Shown: positions 28,888-38,787 of the stretch, one piece after another
How the letters are laid out: the number at the start of each line of letters is the position of its first letter
Position numbering within the stretch: position 1 is the first letter of the stretch
Assembly (NCBI GenBank): GCA_046583315.1
Contig: JAYGCN010000034.1
Location: forward strand, 8,860 to 72,859
Reading direction: 5' to 3'
DNA: 64,000 bases
Source of the DNA: Candidatus Hydrogenedentota bacterium
Lineage (GTDB): Bacteria; Hydrogenedentota; Hydrogenedentia; Hydrogenedentales; GCA-2746185
Notes under the pieces: generated by a model
Told to the model about the DNA's origin: nothing
Database searches by the model: none
Seen by the model: only the letters and a program-made list of their open reading frames with translations
Translations under genes and position numbers: made by a program

Positions 28888-31368
28888 ATGCCCAACAAGC
28901 CAGATTCCAGTTCATTCTCTCCCATTGCGCGTATATATGACGCAACCGTGCTCAAATATCCGCTCATTGTTCTACTGTTAACCGTCATTTTGACTGGCTT
29001 TTTCGCCTATTACTCACGCGACTTTCGATTGGATGCCTCCAGCGACGCCATTGTCCTCGAATCCGATCCCGACCTTCGGTATTACGATGATACCCGCGAT
29101 TTATTCGGCTCCGACGACTACATCATCATCACAGTAACTCCACCCGACGGTCTAAGCCTCATGGACGACGAAGTCCTTACCCCCCTCAAGGCCATGGTTG
29201 CCGAATTCGAAGCCCTGGACGACGTAAAATCCGTCACCAGCATCCTAAACGTCCCCCTGTTTCACAGCCCCGACATTCCGCTCATGAAACTTTTGGGCAG
29301 TTTTCTAGTAGGCGACCCCGCATACCGAACTCTCGAAGAAGATGCCGAGCGGGACAAAGTGCTCGCCGAACTGACCACGAGCCCCCTTTACAGCAACTAC
29401 CTCATCGCCAAGGACGGCACGACGACGGCCGTGCAAGTAACGTACAACGATCACCCAGAAGAATTCAGAGAACTACTTGCCAAGCGTACCGCGCTCAAGG
29501 ATAAACGAAGAACCGAAGCGGGTCTCACATCCGAAGAGAAATCCGATCTCGCCAAAATCGAAACAGAATACAAACCGATGTACGAAGACCTAATCGCGCA
29601 AAACAGCGAATCAATCGTAGCGACACGTGAAATCGTAGCCCGATACGGGCACATGGGCGATCTCCACATCGGCGGCGTCCCGATGATCATGGCCGACATT
29701 ATCAGTTACGTTGAACAGGACATGCGCACCTTCGGGGTCAGCATCATCATCCTCGTGCTCATCGTACTTACCCTTCTCTTCCGTAATGTCCGGTGGGTGA
29801 TACTCCCAACTCTCGTGTGTATTCTCACCGTTCTCTTTATGTTCGGTTACCTCGGATTCACACGCTGGAACGCAACCATCGTCACCTCCAATTTCCCATC
29901 CCTCCTCTTCGTAATAGCCCTGGCCGACGTACTCCACGTCGTCGTTCACTACCGCGAACTACACTCGCGCAACCCCAAAACCTCAAAACGCGAACTCATC
30001 CTTCAATCCGCTCGCGACGTCGCCGTACCGTGTTTCTACACCTCCGTGACCACCATCGTGGGATTCGGTAGCCTCATCGTCAGCGGTATTCGCCCCGTAA
30101 TGGATTTCGGTATCATGATGGCCATCGGGGTTGGACTCGCCTACACCATCTGCTTCGTATTCTTCCCGGCCGCACTCATGCTCTTCCCAAAAGGCGATCC
30201 CCCTCCTCAAAAGCTCGGCGAGCTCAAAGATTCACCCCTCATGTTCTTCGCACGATTCTCCGAAAAAAACCGTATACTCATCTACGTTGTGAGCATTGCT
30301 GTATTTCTGATCGGCCTTATCGGTGCACAAAGAATTCTCGTCGAAAACAGATTTATCGATTACTTCGCCAAGGACACCCCTATCTATCAAGGGATGACCG
30401 TTATTGATAGAGAACTCGGCGGCACTACCCCGCTCGAAGTCGTATTGGTCGCGGACGAAGACGGCTACTGGATTAAGCAGGAAAATCTCGACAAACTCGC
30501 CGAAATTCACACATGGCTCGCCGACCTCCCCCAGACCGGAAAGGCCATTTCTCCTCACACACTCATCCAAATGCTGGAAAAAACGTATGAAGGAAAGCCT
30601 ATTCCATTGCCCTTACTAATAAGAATCCTCGACGGGCTGCCAGACGACATCAGCCAAACAGTCGTCTCACCCTACCTCACCGAAGATCGCCGTCAGGTGC
30701 GTATCTCAATGCGGGCGAAGGAATCAGACACGTCCCTCAACCGCAAAGACCTAATCGCGACCATTGACGAGTACTTCGCAACCGACCCCGTATTCGACGG
30801 GATCGAACCCCACGTCACAGGAATCTTCGTCCTCTACAACAATCTACTCCAAAGCCTTTTTACCAGCCAGATTAAATCCATTGCCACCGTATTCTTCATC
30901 ATCTGGCTCATGTTCGTGGGCCTCTTCCGTTCAATCCGCATTGCCACCATAGCCATCATCCCCAACATTCTCCCGGTTACCCTAATCCTTGGCATCCTCG
31001 GATGGACCGGAACCCCGCTCGACCTGATGACCATCATGACCGCCGCCATCACACTCGGCATCGCGGTCGATTTTGCCATTCACTACATTCACCGCTTCAA
31101 ACACGAGTTCGCAGATAACGGCAGTTACACCGAATCCATGTACCGCACCCACAACTCCATCGGTCGTGCGATGTTCTTCACCACAATTTGTATCATCGCC
31201 GGATTCTCACTGCTCACCATGTCCAATTTCATACCCAGCATCTACTTCGGAATCTTCACATCACTCGCCATCACTGTCGCCTTCCTCGCCTCCGTCACCC
31301 TGCTACCGCTCCTGCTCATCGCCTGGAAGCCTTTGGGCCCCGAAGGCAACGGTACCGCTACCGACTAG
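28888..31368 (+). CDS. MMPL/RND-superfamily exporter
   Basis: Two repeats of TM + large soluble loop + five TMs; GIAVDFAIH motif; 826 aa. Confidence 0.9.
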   Translation: MPNKPDSSSFSPIARIYDATVLKYPLIVLLLTVILTGFFAYYSRDFRLDASSDAIVLESDPDLRYYDDTRDLFGSDDYIIITVTPPDGLSLMDDEVLTPLKAMVAEFEALDDVKSVTSILNVPLFHSPDIPLMKLLGSFLVGDPAYRTLEEDAERDKVLAELTTSPLYSNYLIAKDGTTTAVQVTYNDHPEEFRELLAKRTALKDKRRTEAGLTSEEKSDLAKIETEYKPMYEDLIAQNSESIVATREIVARYGHMGDLHIGGVPMIMADIISYVEQDMRTFGVSIIILVLIVLTLLFRNVRWVILPTLVCILTVLFMFGYLGFTRWNATIVTSNFPSLLFVIALADVLHVVVHYRELHSRNPKTSKRELILQSARDVAVPCFYTSVTTIVGFGSLIVSGIRPVMDFGIMMAIGVGLAYTICFVFFPAALMLFPKGDPPPQKLGELKDSPLMFFARFSEKNRILIYVVSIAVFLIGLIGAQRILVENRFIDYFAKDTPIYQGMTVIDRELGGTTPLEVVLVADEDGYWIKQENLDKLAEIHTWLADLPQTGKAISPHTLIQMLEKTYEGKPIPLPLLIRILDGLPDDISQTVVSPYLTEDRRQVRISMRAKESDTSLNRKDLIATIDEYFATDPVFDGIEPHVTGIFVLYNNLLQSLFTSQIKSIATVFFIIWLMFVGLFRSIRIATIAIIPNILPVTLILGILGWTGTPLDLMTIMTAAITLGIAVDFAIHYIHRFKHEFADNGSYTESMYRTHNSIGRAMFFTTICIIAGFSLLTMSNFIPSIYFGIFTSLAITVAFLASVTLLPLLLIAWKPLGPEGNGTATD

Positions 31369-31377
31369 CAGTCTCAC

Positions 31378-33024
31378 ATGGTACGCGTATCCGACATAAA
31401 ATTACCCTTCGACCACGCCGAGGATGACCTCCGCTCCGCGTTAATCGAACGACTTGGCATCCCAGGCGGAGATCTGCTCGAGTACACCGTCTTCCGGCGC
31501 GCCACCGACGCCCGCAAACGAGATGCCATCTACTTCGTATACATGCTCGATGCCACGGTACGCGATGAAAACGCCTGCGCAGAACACCCTCACATCCAAC
31601 CGACCCCTGACATGGAATACCCCTTCGTCATTCCACCCATAGACGCTGCCCCTGCGTCCACTACCTCCGAATCCCGCCGTCCCATCGTCGTCGGCCTTGG
31701 TCCCTCCGGCATGTTCGCCGCCCTGTTACTCGCGCAGATGGGCCTGTGCCCAATCGTCATCGAACGCGGCAAAAAAGCCCGCGCCCGTGCACAAGATGTA
31801 TTCGGATTCTGGCGCAAGAACGAATTCAATCCCAGTTCCAACGTGCAATTCGGCGAAGGCGGCGCCGGAACCTTCTCCGATGGCAAACTCACCACCCGCA
31901 TCAAAAACGAAAACAACCGCGTACGTAAAGTCCTCTACGAAATGGCCAAAGCCGGTGCCCCCGAAGAAATTAGGCATCTCGCGAAACCCCACATCGGCAC
32001 CTACAAAATCATCCGCGTCGTACGTGCACTGCGCGCCGAAATCATCCGACTCGGCGGCGAAGTTAGATTCGAGACCCAAGTCACGGATCTCCACATCGAT
32101 CATGGTCACATTCGCGGGGTTCGGCTCAGCACAGGCGAACAATTGGATACCGACCACCTCATCGTCGCCATCGGTCACAGCGCGCGCGACACCTTCAAGA
32201 TGCTCTACGACCGCGGCGTACACTTCGATGCCAAACCCTTCTCCATCGGCGTGCGCATCGAACACCCCCAGTCGCTCATCGATCAATCCCAATTCGGGAA
32301 ATTTTCAGGCGACAAACGACTCGGAGCCGCCGACTACAAACTCGTGCACCATTGCAGCAACGGCCGCGGTGCCTACAGCTTCTGCATGTGCCCCGGCGGC
32401 ACCGTAATCGCCTCCGCTTCTGAACCCGGACAAGTCGTCACCAACGGCATGAGTTATTACTCCCGTAGCCTGCCCAACGCCAACAGCGCGCTGGCCATCG
32501 ACATCTCCCCGGCCGATTTCGGAGACACTCACCCCCTCGCCGGCGTCGAATACCAACGAATCTGGGAAAAGAAAGCCTACGCCGCCGGTGGATCAAACTA
32601 TTTCGCCCCCGTCCAACGTATCGAAGATTTCCTCGCGAAACGTCCTACCAAAGAACTCGGAGATGTGCAACCCGCCTACACCCCGGGGGTCACGCCCGCC
32701 GACCTCAGAGATTGCCTGCCCGACTACATCACCGAAGCCATGCGCGAAGCCATCCCGGCCATGGACCGAAAACTCCGCGGATACGCCATGCCAGACGCCA
32801 TCCTCACGGGAATCGAAACCCGGACGTCGTCCCCCGTGCGCATCAGACGCGGCCCTGATTTCCAAAGCATCTCCATTCGCGGACTCTACCCCGCCGGTGA
32901 AGGTGCCGGATATGCCGGTGGTATAATGTCCGCCGCAGTCGACGGCATCAAAGTAGCCGAAGCCGTCGCGCGCAACCTCAACGCCATGGAGGTGGACGAT
33001 GGTTCAGTCCCGGAAAAAGCGTAA
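31378..33024 (+). CDS. FAD-dependent oxidoreductase (uncharacterised dehydrogenase family)
   Basis: GLGPSG, QFGEGGAGTFSDGKL, AIGHSARD, FCMCPGG, ETRTSSP, GEGAGYAGGI.SAAVDG. Confidence 0.9.
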   Translation: MVRVSDIKLPFDHAEDDLRSALIERLGIPGGDLLEYTVFRRATDARKRDAIYFVYMLDATVRDENACAEHPHIQPTPDMEYPFVIPPIDAAPASTTSESRRPIVVGLGPSGMFAALLLAQMGLCPIVIERGKKARARAQDVFGFWRKNEFNPSSNVQFGEGGAGTFSDGKLTTRIKNENNRVRKVLYEMAKAGAPEEIRHLAKPHIGTYKIIRVVRALRAEIIRLGGEVRFETQVTDLHIDHGHIRGVRLSTGEQLDTDHLIVAIGHSARDTFKMLYDRGVHFDAKPFSIGVRIEHPQSLIDQSQFGKFSGDKRLGAADYKLVHHCSNGRGAYSFCMCPGGTVIASASEPGQVVTNGMSYYSRSLPNANSALAIDISPADFGDTHPLAGVEYQRIWEKKAYAAGGSNYFAPVQRIEDFLAKRPTKELGDVQPAYTPGVTPADLRDCLPDYITEAMREAIPAMDRKLRGYAMPDAILTGIETRTSSPVRIRRGPDFQSISIRGLYPAGEGAGYAGGIMSAAVDGIKVAEAVARNLNAMEVDDGSVPEKA

Positions 33025-33796
33025 AGACAAAAAGAAACTACTCGGTAGCCACCAACGCAGCTGGATATGGGGCCGCCACGCCGTTTGCGAAATCCTCGAA
33101 GCCGGACGCTGGCCCATGAGCGAATTGTACCTGAGCGATCAACTGGACCCCGGCGAGCAACAGGACGCAAAAATCCAAGCCGATGCCCTGGGCTACATGG
33201 TGCGCATTGAATCCCCGGACCGCATTCACGAACTATGCAAAACAGGTGAACACCAGGGCTATCTCGCCAAAATGCTCGATTATCCCTACGCCGATCTCGA
33301 GGAAATACTGGCCAAACTCCAGACCAACACAAAAACCAATCCGATTCCGATATTCGTGATGCTCGACGGCATTCAAGACCCCTACAACTTCGGCGCGATC
33401 GTGCGCTCCGCAGAAGTCCTCGGCATCAACGGCTTCGTCATCAGCGACACCAATCAAGTCGGCGTCACCAGCATGGTCGCCCGCAGTTCCGCCGGCGCCG
33501 TCAACCATTTGCCCATCGTGCGCACCGAAAATCTCCTCGCCGCCATAGAGACCCTCAAAAAATCTGGCGTGTCCGTCATTGGTGCATCCGAAAAAGGCGC
33601 CACCCCCCTCGACGAACATAATTTCGACTCACCAACACTACTCATTCTCGGCAACGAAGGTAGTGGAATTTGCGAAGACCTGCTCAAACAATGCGATACC
33701 CGGTTAAGCATCGCCCAAACAGGAAAAGTCGGATCCTTGAATGTTGCGGCGGCCGCAGCCATCCTATTCCACGAAGCCAGACGCCCACGCGGCTAA
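32999..33796 (+). CDS. rlmB: 23S rRNA 2'-O-methyltransferase (SpoU/TrmH family, RlmB-like)
   Basis: GRHAV.E, HQG, DPYNFGAI.RSA, GNEG.G, SLNVA. Confidence 0.9.
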   Translation: MVQSRKKRKDKKKLLGSHQRSWIWGRHAVCEILEAGRWPMSELYLSDQLDPGEQQDAKIQADALGYMVRIESPDRIHELCKTGEHQGYLAKMLDYPYADLEEILAKLQTNTKTNPIPIFVMLDGIQDPYNFGAIVRSAEVLGINGFVISDTNQVGVTSMVARSSAGAVNHLPIVRTENLLAAIETLKKSGVSVIGASEKGATPLDEHNFDSPTLLILGNEGSGICEDLLKQCDTRLSIAQTGKVGSLNVAAAAAILFHEARRPRG

Positions 33797-34653
33797 TCCT
33801 CTTCCTCCAGCATCGCTTCCCCCATCCTGACAATCGCCGCACGCACCTCCCCTTCCGAATTCCACGGCAGAAAATGATTCTTCTCCTCCAGAATCACCGT
33901 CTCCAAAATCGACCCCTCCGGAAACATCCGTTCCATGTACGCCACATTCGCATACGGCACCAGCATGTCATCCGGCGCATGAAGTATCGTGACCAAACAC
34001 TCAACCTGACTCAATAATGGTTCAAGCTTTTCCAATTCCGACCGCATCGGTTTCAATTCGCGATTCGAATTCCGAAGCCCTTGCGGCACAAGATACGCCG
34101 TCGCTTTCCAATCCAACAATCGATTGTACCAATGCCATTTTTCCTCATCCGGATCCAACGATCCCGCCAGAATCACAATCCCCGAAACCCGCTCCGGATA
34201 CTGCGCCGCCACCTGAGCAATAATCGGCCCGCCCAACGAATGACCAATCAAAATAGGCCATTGCCCTCCTTGTTCCACCAAGAACGGCTCCAACGCCGCC
34301 GCATGATCCGCCAATGAATAAGCAGGTATTTTCGGCGAAGTCTGCCCGAAACCCGGACGATCAACCGAGATCGATTCATATCCTTCCATTGGATTGAGCA
34401 AGTATCGCTCGAAGGCCCCGGCATCGCCCGGCGTCCCATGTACATAAATGAGCCGCGGCAAATCCGGGTCACTGACTGACTCCATCAAATAGCTGACCAT
34501 CCACTGCGTTTCCGTATCCTGAATCGCCCGTGTGATGCCCGGATTTTCTTCGCCACCATTGTTGAAACGATCCCACACCTGCCAAAAAATCACATCCCCG
34601 GCAACAAGCAGCGAAAAAATAATCAGTACCACTTTCAAAATCCAGCGCTTCAA
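33793..34653 (-). CDS. Membrane-anchored alpha/beta hydrolase
   Basis: N-terminal TM; HGTPG, DRPGFG, GHSLGG nucleophile elbow, D (PDDMLVP) and H (NHFL); TTG start overlaps the upstream stop (TTGA). Confidence 0.88.
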   Translation of the reverse strand: MKRWILKVVLIIFSLLVAGDVIFWQVWDRFNNGGEENPGITRAIQDTETQWMVSYLMESVSDPDLPRLIYVHGTPGDAGAFERYLLNPMEGYESISVDRPGFGQTSPKIPAYSLADHAAALEPFLVEQGGQWPILIGHSLGGPIIAQVAAQYPERVSGIVILAGSLDPDEEKWHWYNRLLDWKATAYLVPQGLRNSNRELKPMRSELEKLEPLLSQVECLVTILHAPDDMLVPYANVAYMERMFPEGSILETVILEEKNHFLPWNSEGEVRAAIVRMGEAMLEEED

Positions 34654-35453
34654 TCCGAGGTCTCCCGTAATCCCACGACACACGATTTCAACTCCGCCGC
34701 CAATATTTTCCTATCAGAAGACCTTTCCGTCGCGACCACATCGCCAAAAGTAATCGTCACCCTCACACCGCGCATCCCCAGCAATCCAAACAGATGCGAA
34801 ACAAACACATGGTCCTTCCAATACGCCACGTTCTCGTCAATATCAATCGCTCCATCCGCAGACGACCAGCGTATCCCCACCGGCATCGTCGCGATGCCCG
34901 TATCAATCGCCGACTGCAACAGCGATCCGTGAAATGGCAACACATCCCCCCCGCCCGAAGTAGTCCCCTCCAGAAATACGCACACCGAATGCCCCGCCAG
35001 AAGCCGAGCGCCGATTCGCTCGTTGACCTCCTGAATCGCCCGACGATTCCCGCGCGGAATCGACAGCTGCCGAGCTGCCACGAAGATATGCCCAATCACA
35101 GGCCACGTCTCCACTTCTGCTTTCGAGACGAAAAAAGTCCGAGCCACGCTGCCCAACGCCAATATGTCAATATACCCGATATGATTCGGCACCAGCAGAA
35201 GTGGCTTCTCCGGAACATCGCCGTGTACCGTGACATCCACCTTCAGCAACGCAATACAAGACTTCATCCACGCACACGACCTCGATTCCGCCCAAACCAA
35301 CTGCTCTTCGTTGCTCAGACCACGAGCCTTCCACCGATAGTGAGCATAATGAGCCGCAGTGAACGCGACCAGCCGAGCCGACCTCCACGACGCAAGCAAG
35401 CGATTCGGCTTCTGCGTCACACGCGTCTCTCCGGCGCTATCCAAGACGCTCAT
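34650..35453 (-). CDS. Lysolipid O-acyltransferase (PlsC/OlsA-like)
   Basis: NHIGYID (NHxxxxD), FVSKAE, FLEGT; ATGA overlap with the upstream GNAT gene. Confidence 0.88.
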   Translation of the reverse strand: MSVLDSAGETRVTQKPNRLLASWRSARLVAFTAAHYAHYRWKARGLSNEEQLVWAESRSCAWMKSCIALLKVDVTVHGDVPEKPLLLVPNHIGYIDILALGSVARTFFVSKAEVETWPVIGHIFVAARQLSIPRGNRRAIQEVNERIGARLLAGHSVCVFLEGTTSGGGDVLPFHGSLLQSAIDTGIATMPVGIRWSSADGAIDIDENVAYWKDHVFVSHLFGLLGMRGVRVTITFGDVVATERSSDRKILAAELKSCVVGLRETSD

Positions 35454-36292
35454 TTTACGATGTCGAGCTGTGAAAATTTAATGTCGCGCGCATCAATAAT
35501 CACCAGAAAGTCTACCGTTCCAAACGCGCGGTCAATTGCCGGCTCAGAAATCACCTTGGCCCCCAAATGAAGGTATGTTCGAAACAATTTCGGAAGAGGG
35601 ATAGCGTCGCCTATTTCGGGGTCCAATTCTCGTGCAGCATCGCCACACCCATAGGCCTCCAGCGCAGACAAGTAAACAGAATCATCGAGATACCCCTTTT
35701 CGCGAATCGTTTTCAGCGCGCGCCACCCGTCATCCGGGTCCTGTGTCGTCAATGAACAACACCCAAAAAGATAATGCTGATCATACAGATTCATGTACGT
35801 ACCGATACCCTGCCACAACCCGATAATCGCGCGCATCGAGCGATGTTCCGAAGCCAGACACGCCCGTCCCGATTCGAGGGCTCTGTCCAAACGCGACGCC
35901 ATGCCCGACAGATCATATTCCATTGACGAGTAAAATCCGATTCCTGCCTCCGCTTGTTTCGCCGTCTGAATCCGATACGTCCCGACCACGGTATGGCCCT
36001 TCAGCTCAATCAAAATCAAATGCGTCATCTGCGCATCATAGTCATCGCGATCCAGACCCGTCGCCGTCGAAGAATCCAGCCCCTCATCCAGTTCCAGATT
36101 AAACACTTCATAACGAAGCCGTAGCGCGCACTCCACCGCGTAATCCGACCGCGCAAAACCCACGCAATAGCGGTCCTTGTCCCCGACCGGTAACGAGAGC
36201 ACATCCACCTCGCCCCAGAGTGACGAAAAATCGTCCACAGAACGCAGCGGCTTCATGCTCAACGAGCGATCCGCAGAGGTTGCTTCAGTCAT
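35450..36292 (-). CDS. GNAT N-acyltransferase (OlsB-like, acyl-ACP:amino acid N-acyltransferase family)
   Basis: LRLRYEVF, DRDDYD..HL, VGTYR, GFYS..EY, E.GRAC....HR, P.LFR.YL.LGAK...EPA.D..F...DF. Confidence 0.85.
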   Translation of the reverse strand: MTEATSADRSLSMKPLRSVDDFSSLWGEVDVLSLPVGDKDRYCVGFARSDYAVECALRLRYEVFNLELDEGLDSSTATGLDRDDYDAQMTHLILIELKGHTVVGTYRIQTAKQAEAGIGFYSSMEYDLSGMASRLDRALESGRACLASEHRSMRAIIGLWQGIGTYMNLYDQHYLFGCCSLTTQDPDDGWRALKTIREKGYLDDSVYLSALEAYGCGDAARELDPEIGDAIPLPKLFRTYLHLGAKVISEPAIDRAFGTVDFLVIIDARDIKFSQLDIVK

Positions 36293-36318
36293 GTTGTTCT
36301 TCTCCCATTAAGACACAC

Positions 36319-37989
36319 TCAATGCGCCGTCGGATAATGACGCGCCACACGATGATACTGCCAAACATCCTTCAAAAACGCGATGGGACGCATGGGGGCA
36401 TGCCCTTCAGCCCGATTCTTGTCGCCAATCTCAAACAATACCCTGAACTGCTCGAACAAGGTCGCATACGCATCGGTAATGGTCGCATTCGGATCCCAAA
36501 TATGCGTCGCCTCGGCACCGGCGCCATTAATTTCAATGATATGAAAATTCTCGCCCCGTCCCAACGATTCCTCATCCTGATAGCGAACATCAAAGCGTCC
36601 AAAATAAAAATCCGGTATCTCCTGTGCAATCGCGTCAATGCGTTCAACAAGCGCATCCGCCAACAACGCCGACCCATCACGAAAAATACAGCCCTGCTTG
36701 TGATTGCCGGCAAACACCAGCGGAAAATACTCGCCATCAGGCAACACCTCCACCAAGCGGTCAAAATGCCGCTGCTCAAACATCGAGGCCTTTATAGACG
36801 CACGCGGATCAGCCAAAATCAGTTCGTTCAGTGTATGCATACCATCGCCCAGCACACCCGGAAAATCCTTCGCCGTAACCGACGTAATCATCCCTTTGTC
36901 CTGACCAGGCACGCGATGATACAAGAGCCCGACCTCAGATTCATGCGGCGATCGTTTCTGCAAACACACAGACGCGCCCTTCGGATACGCCTGTAAATAA
37001 TCACTCAGCTCCGCATCATTATCGATCGGACGCACACCAACTCCGCGCTGACCCTCATCCGGTTTCGCAACGATCGGGTAGTCAATTTCCGCACGCGCCA
37101 ACGCCTCCTTCGCGGCAGTTAGCAGTTCTGAGGAATCCATCCCTTCCATCGGCACATCCAACCGCGCATGCGGCGCAACCCAATCCCGAATCGACTCCGG
37201 CAACATGTCCAGAATGTCACACTTCGACTCACGAATCATGCCGCCAGAATAAATAGACGGATTCGCCGCTGTAGGAAGCATGAGACTTCTGTACTTCAAC
37301 GAGAGCCATCCATAATATACCGCAACGGGAAAATAGAATATAATCGGATGAAGAAATTCGAAATTCGAGGCCACCGCCCCTTCCGAATCTCCAGCCGCTT
37401 CCTCCTCTTTCATCCGGGCCATTATGCGATGTTGCATAAAAATGATCCACGCGATCAGGGCAAACACCGCAGGCCACTTCAACTGACCCAACAACGGCAA
37501 CACGAACCCACCCAGCGTGGCAATCGCGCTCAACGCAATAAACACCCATACCAACGAGGCCAACAAAGCTATCGGCAGATACCGCATCGGAGAAGCTTGA
37601 GCAATGCCCGCCGCAAGATTCGCCGGCAACCTCAGCCCAGGCACAAAACGCGATATGAAAACCGACGCCACAAGGTTACGCTCAAACCAGCCCCGCGCAT
37701 TGTCCAGTCTGCGTTGCGAGACCCATCCCCACGCGACCGTTTTCGGACCCACCGCGCGCCCAATCGCGTACAATCCCCAATCGCCGATGCCAATGCCCAG
37801 CGAAAGCCCGACCAACGCCGTCATATAAAACATGTGATCTTCCGCCACCAGAACGGCGCACATAAGCAATGTCGGATCTTCCAGGACAAACGTACTCACC
37901 GCAGCAAGCGCCCCCTGCAGCCACGGCGTCTCCGACAAACGAATCAACGCGTCTTCAAACCAGGCTTCCACGAAGCTATCCGTCCGCAT
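36319..37989 (-). CDS. DedA/VTT membrane domain fused to an ATP-grasp ligase domain
   Basis: N-half: TFVLED, GD...Y.IGR, SRFVPGLR (DedA). C-half: YPIVAKPD.GQRG.GV, GRFDVRY, IEING (ATP-grasp). Start at ATG 37989. Confidence 0.85.
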   Translation of the reverse strand: MRTDSFVEAWFEDALIRLSETPWLQGALAAVSTFVLEDPTLLMCAVLVAEDHMFYMTALVGLSLGIGIGDWGLYAIGRAVGPKTVAWGWVSQRRLDNARGWFERNLVASVFISRFVPGLRLPANLAAGIAQASPMRYLPIALLASLVWVFIALSAIATLGGFVLPLLGQLKWPAVFALIAWIIFMQHRIMARMKEEEAAGDSEGAVASNFEFLHPIIFYFPVAVYYGWLSLKYRSLMLPTAANPSIYSGGMIRESKCDILDMLPESIRDWVAPHARLDVPMEGMDSSELLTAAKEALARAEIDYPIVAKPDEGQRGVGVRPIDNDAELSDYLQAYPKGASVCLQKRSPHESEVGLLYHRVPGQDKGMITSVTAKDFPGVLGDGMHTLNELILADPRASIKASMFEQRHFDRLVEVLPDGEYFPLVFAGNHKQGCIFRDGSALLADALVERIDAIAQEIPDFYFGRFDVRYQDEESLGRGENFHIIEINGAGAEATHIWDPNATITDAYATLFEQFRVLFEIGDKNRAEGHAPMRPIAFLKDVWQYHRVARHYPTAH

Positions 37990-38755
37990 CCCGCGCGATG
38001 ACGGCTTCCGACTCCAACAGCAACGTTTCCACCACATCAGGGTGCAAGGTGTCGGGATGCGGATCGGACCAATACCGAAGCGTCAACTCGCCCTCCGCAG
38101 AAGGAATCTCCACCTGCGTCACACTTCGCGTCGCTGACCAACTCCGTTTCATCAACGGCGACCAGTCCTCTCGACCCTCCTCTTGAATCAAATGAAATTT
38201 CGGCAGGTGATCAACCATTTGCTGCCCGGACTTTTTCCAATCCTCGAACAATTCCTCGCGCCACGCCTTCACTTCCTTACTATCCCAACCCGAAGACGAC
38301 CGCAACGTCCATTCCGTGCGCACATCTTGTTCAATCAACTCACCCTGCCGCAGCCACGTCAAACACTTCCCAATACCCCCGCCGAAAATCAGCAAGTTGA
38401 ATGAAGGATACTGCTCCGGATCAAGTTCCGTTGTCGCCCAGGCAATGGCCCGATCCACATCGCCACATTCCAACACCGCAGGGATAATCTCCCCCCGACT
38501 GCGATAACGACCCGTCGTATCCGGCAACAAGCTCTCCCCCGGCAAATAGGCGTTCAATAAACAGGCCACCACGCCAAAATTACTCGCACCCATCCAGGTA
38601 CCGCCCTTTTCACCATCATGCGGCGCGATCCACTGCCCACCACCCGGAATCGCATGAATCACCGGCGGCGTTTCCGGCGCACGATTCAACGCTTCATCCC
38701 GGTTCATCGTTGCCAATAATCGGCCCGACTCAAGCTGTACCGTCAACGTACACAT
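37976..38755 (-). CDS. NRDE/TANGO2 family protein (Ntn-hydrolase-like, N-terminal Cys)
   Basis: Begins MCT; NRDE motif; GGTW.G; SRG; FNL. Confidence 0.9.
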   Translation of the reverse strand: MCTLTVQLESGRLLATMNRDEALNRAPETPPVIHAIPGGGQWIAPHDGEKGGTWMGASNFGVVACLLNAYLPGESLLPDTTGRYRSRGEIIPAVLECGDVDRAIAWATTELDPEQYPSFNLLIFGGGIGKCLTWLRQGELIEQDVRTEWTLRSSSGWDSKEVKAWREELFEDWKKSGQQMVDHLPKFHLIQEEGREDWSPLMKRSWSATRSVTQVEIPSAEGELTLRYWSDPHPDTLHPDVVETLLLESEAVIARDADG

Positions 38756-38787
38756 GGTGGTATCGATTCCCTTCAGAGATGAACGGC

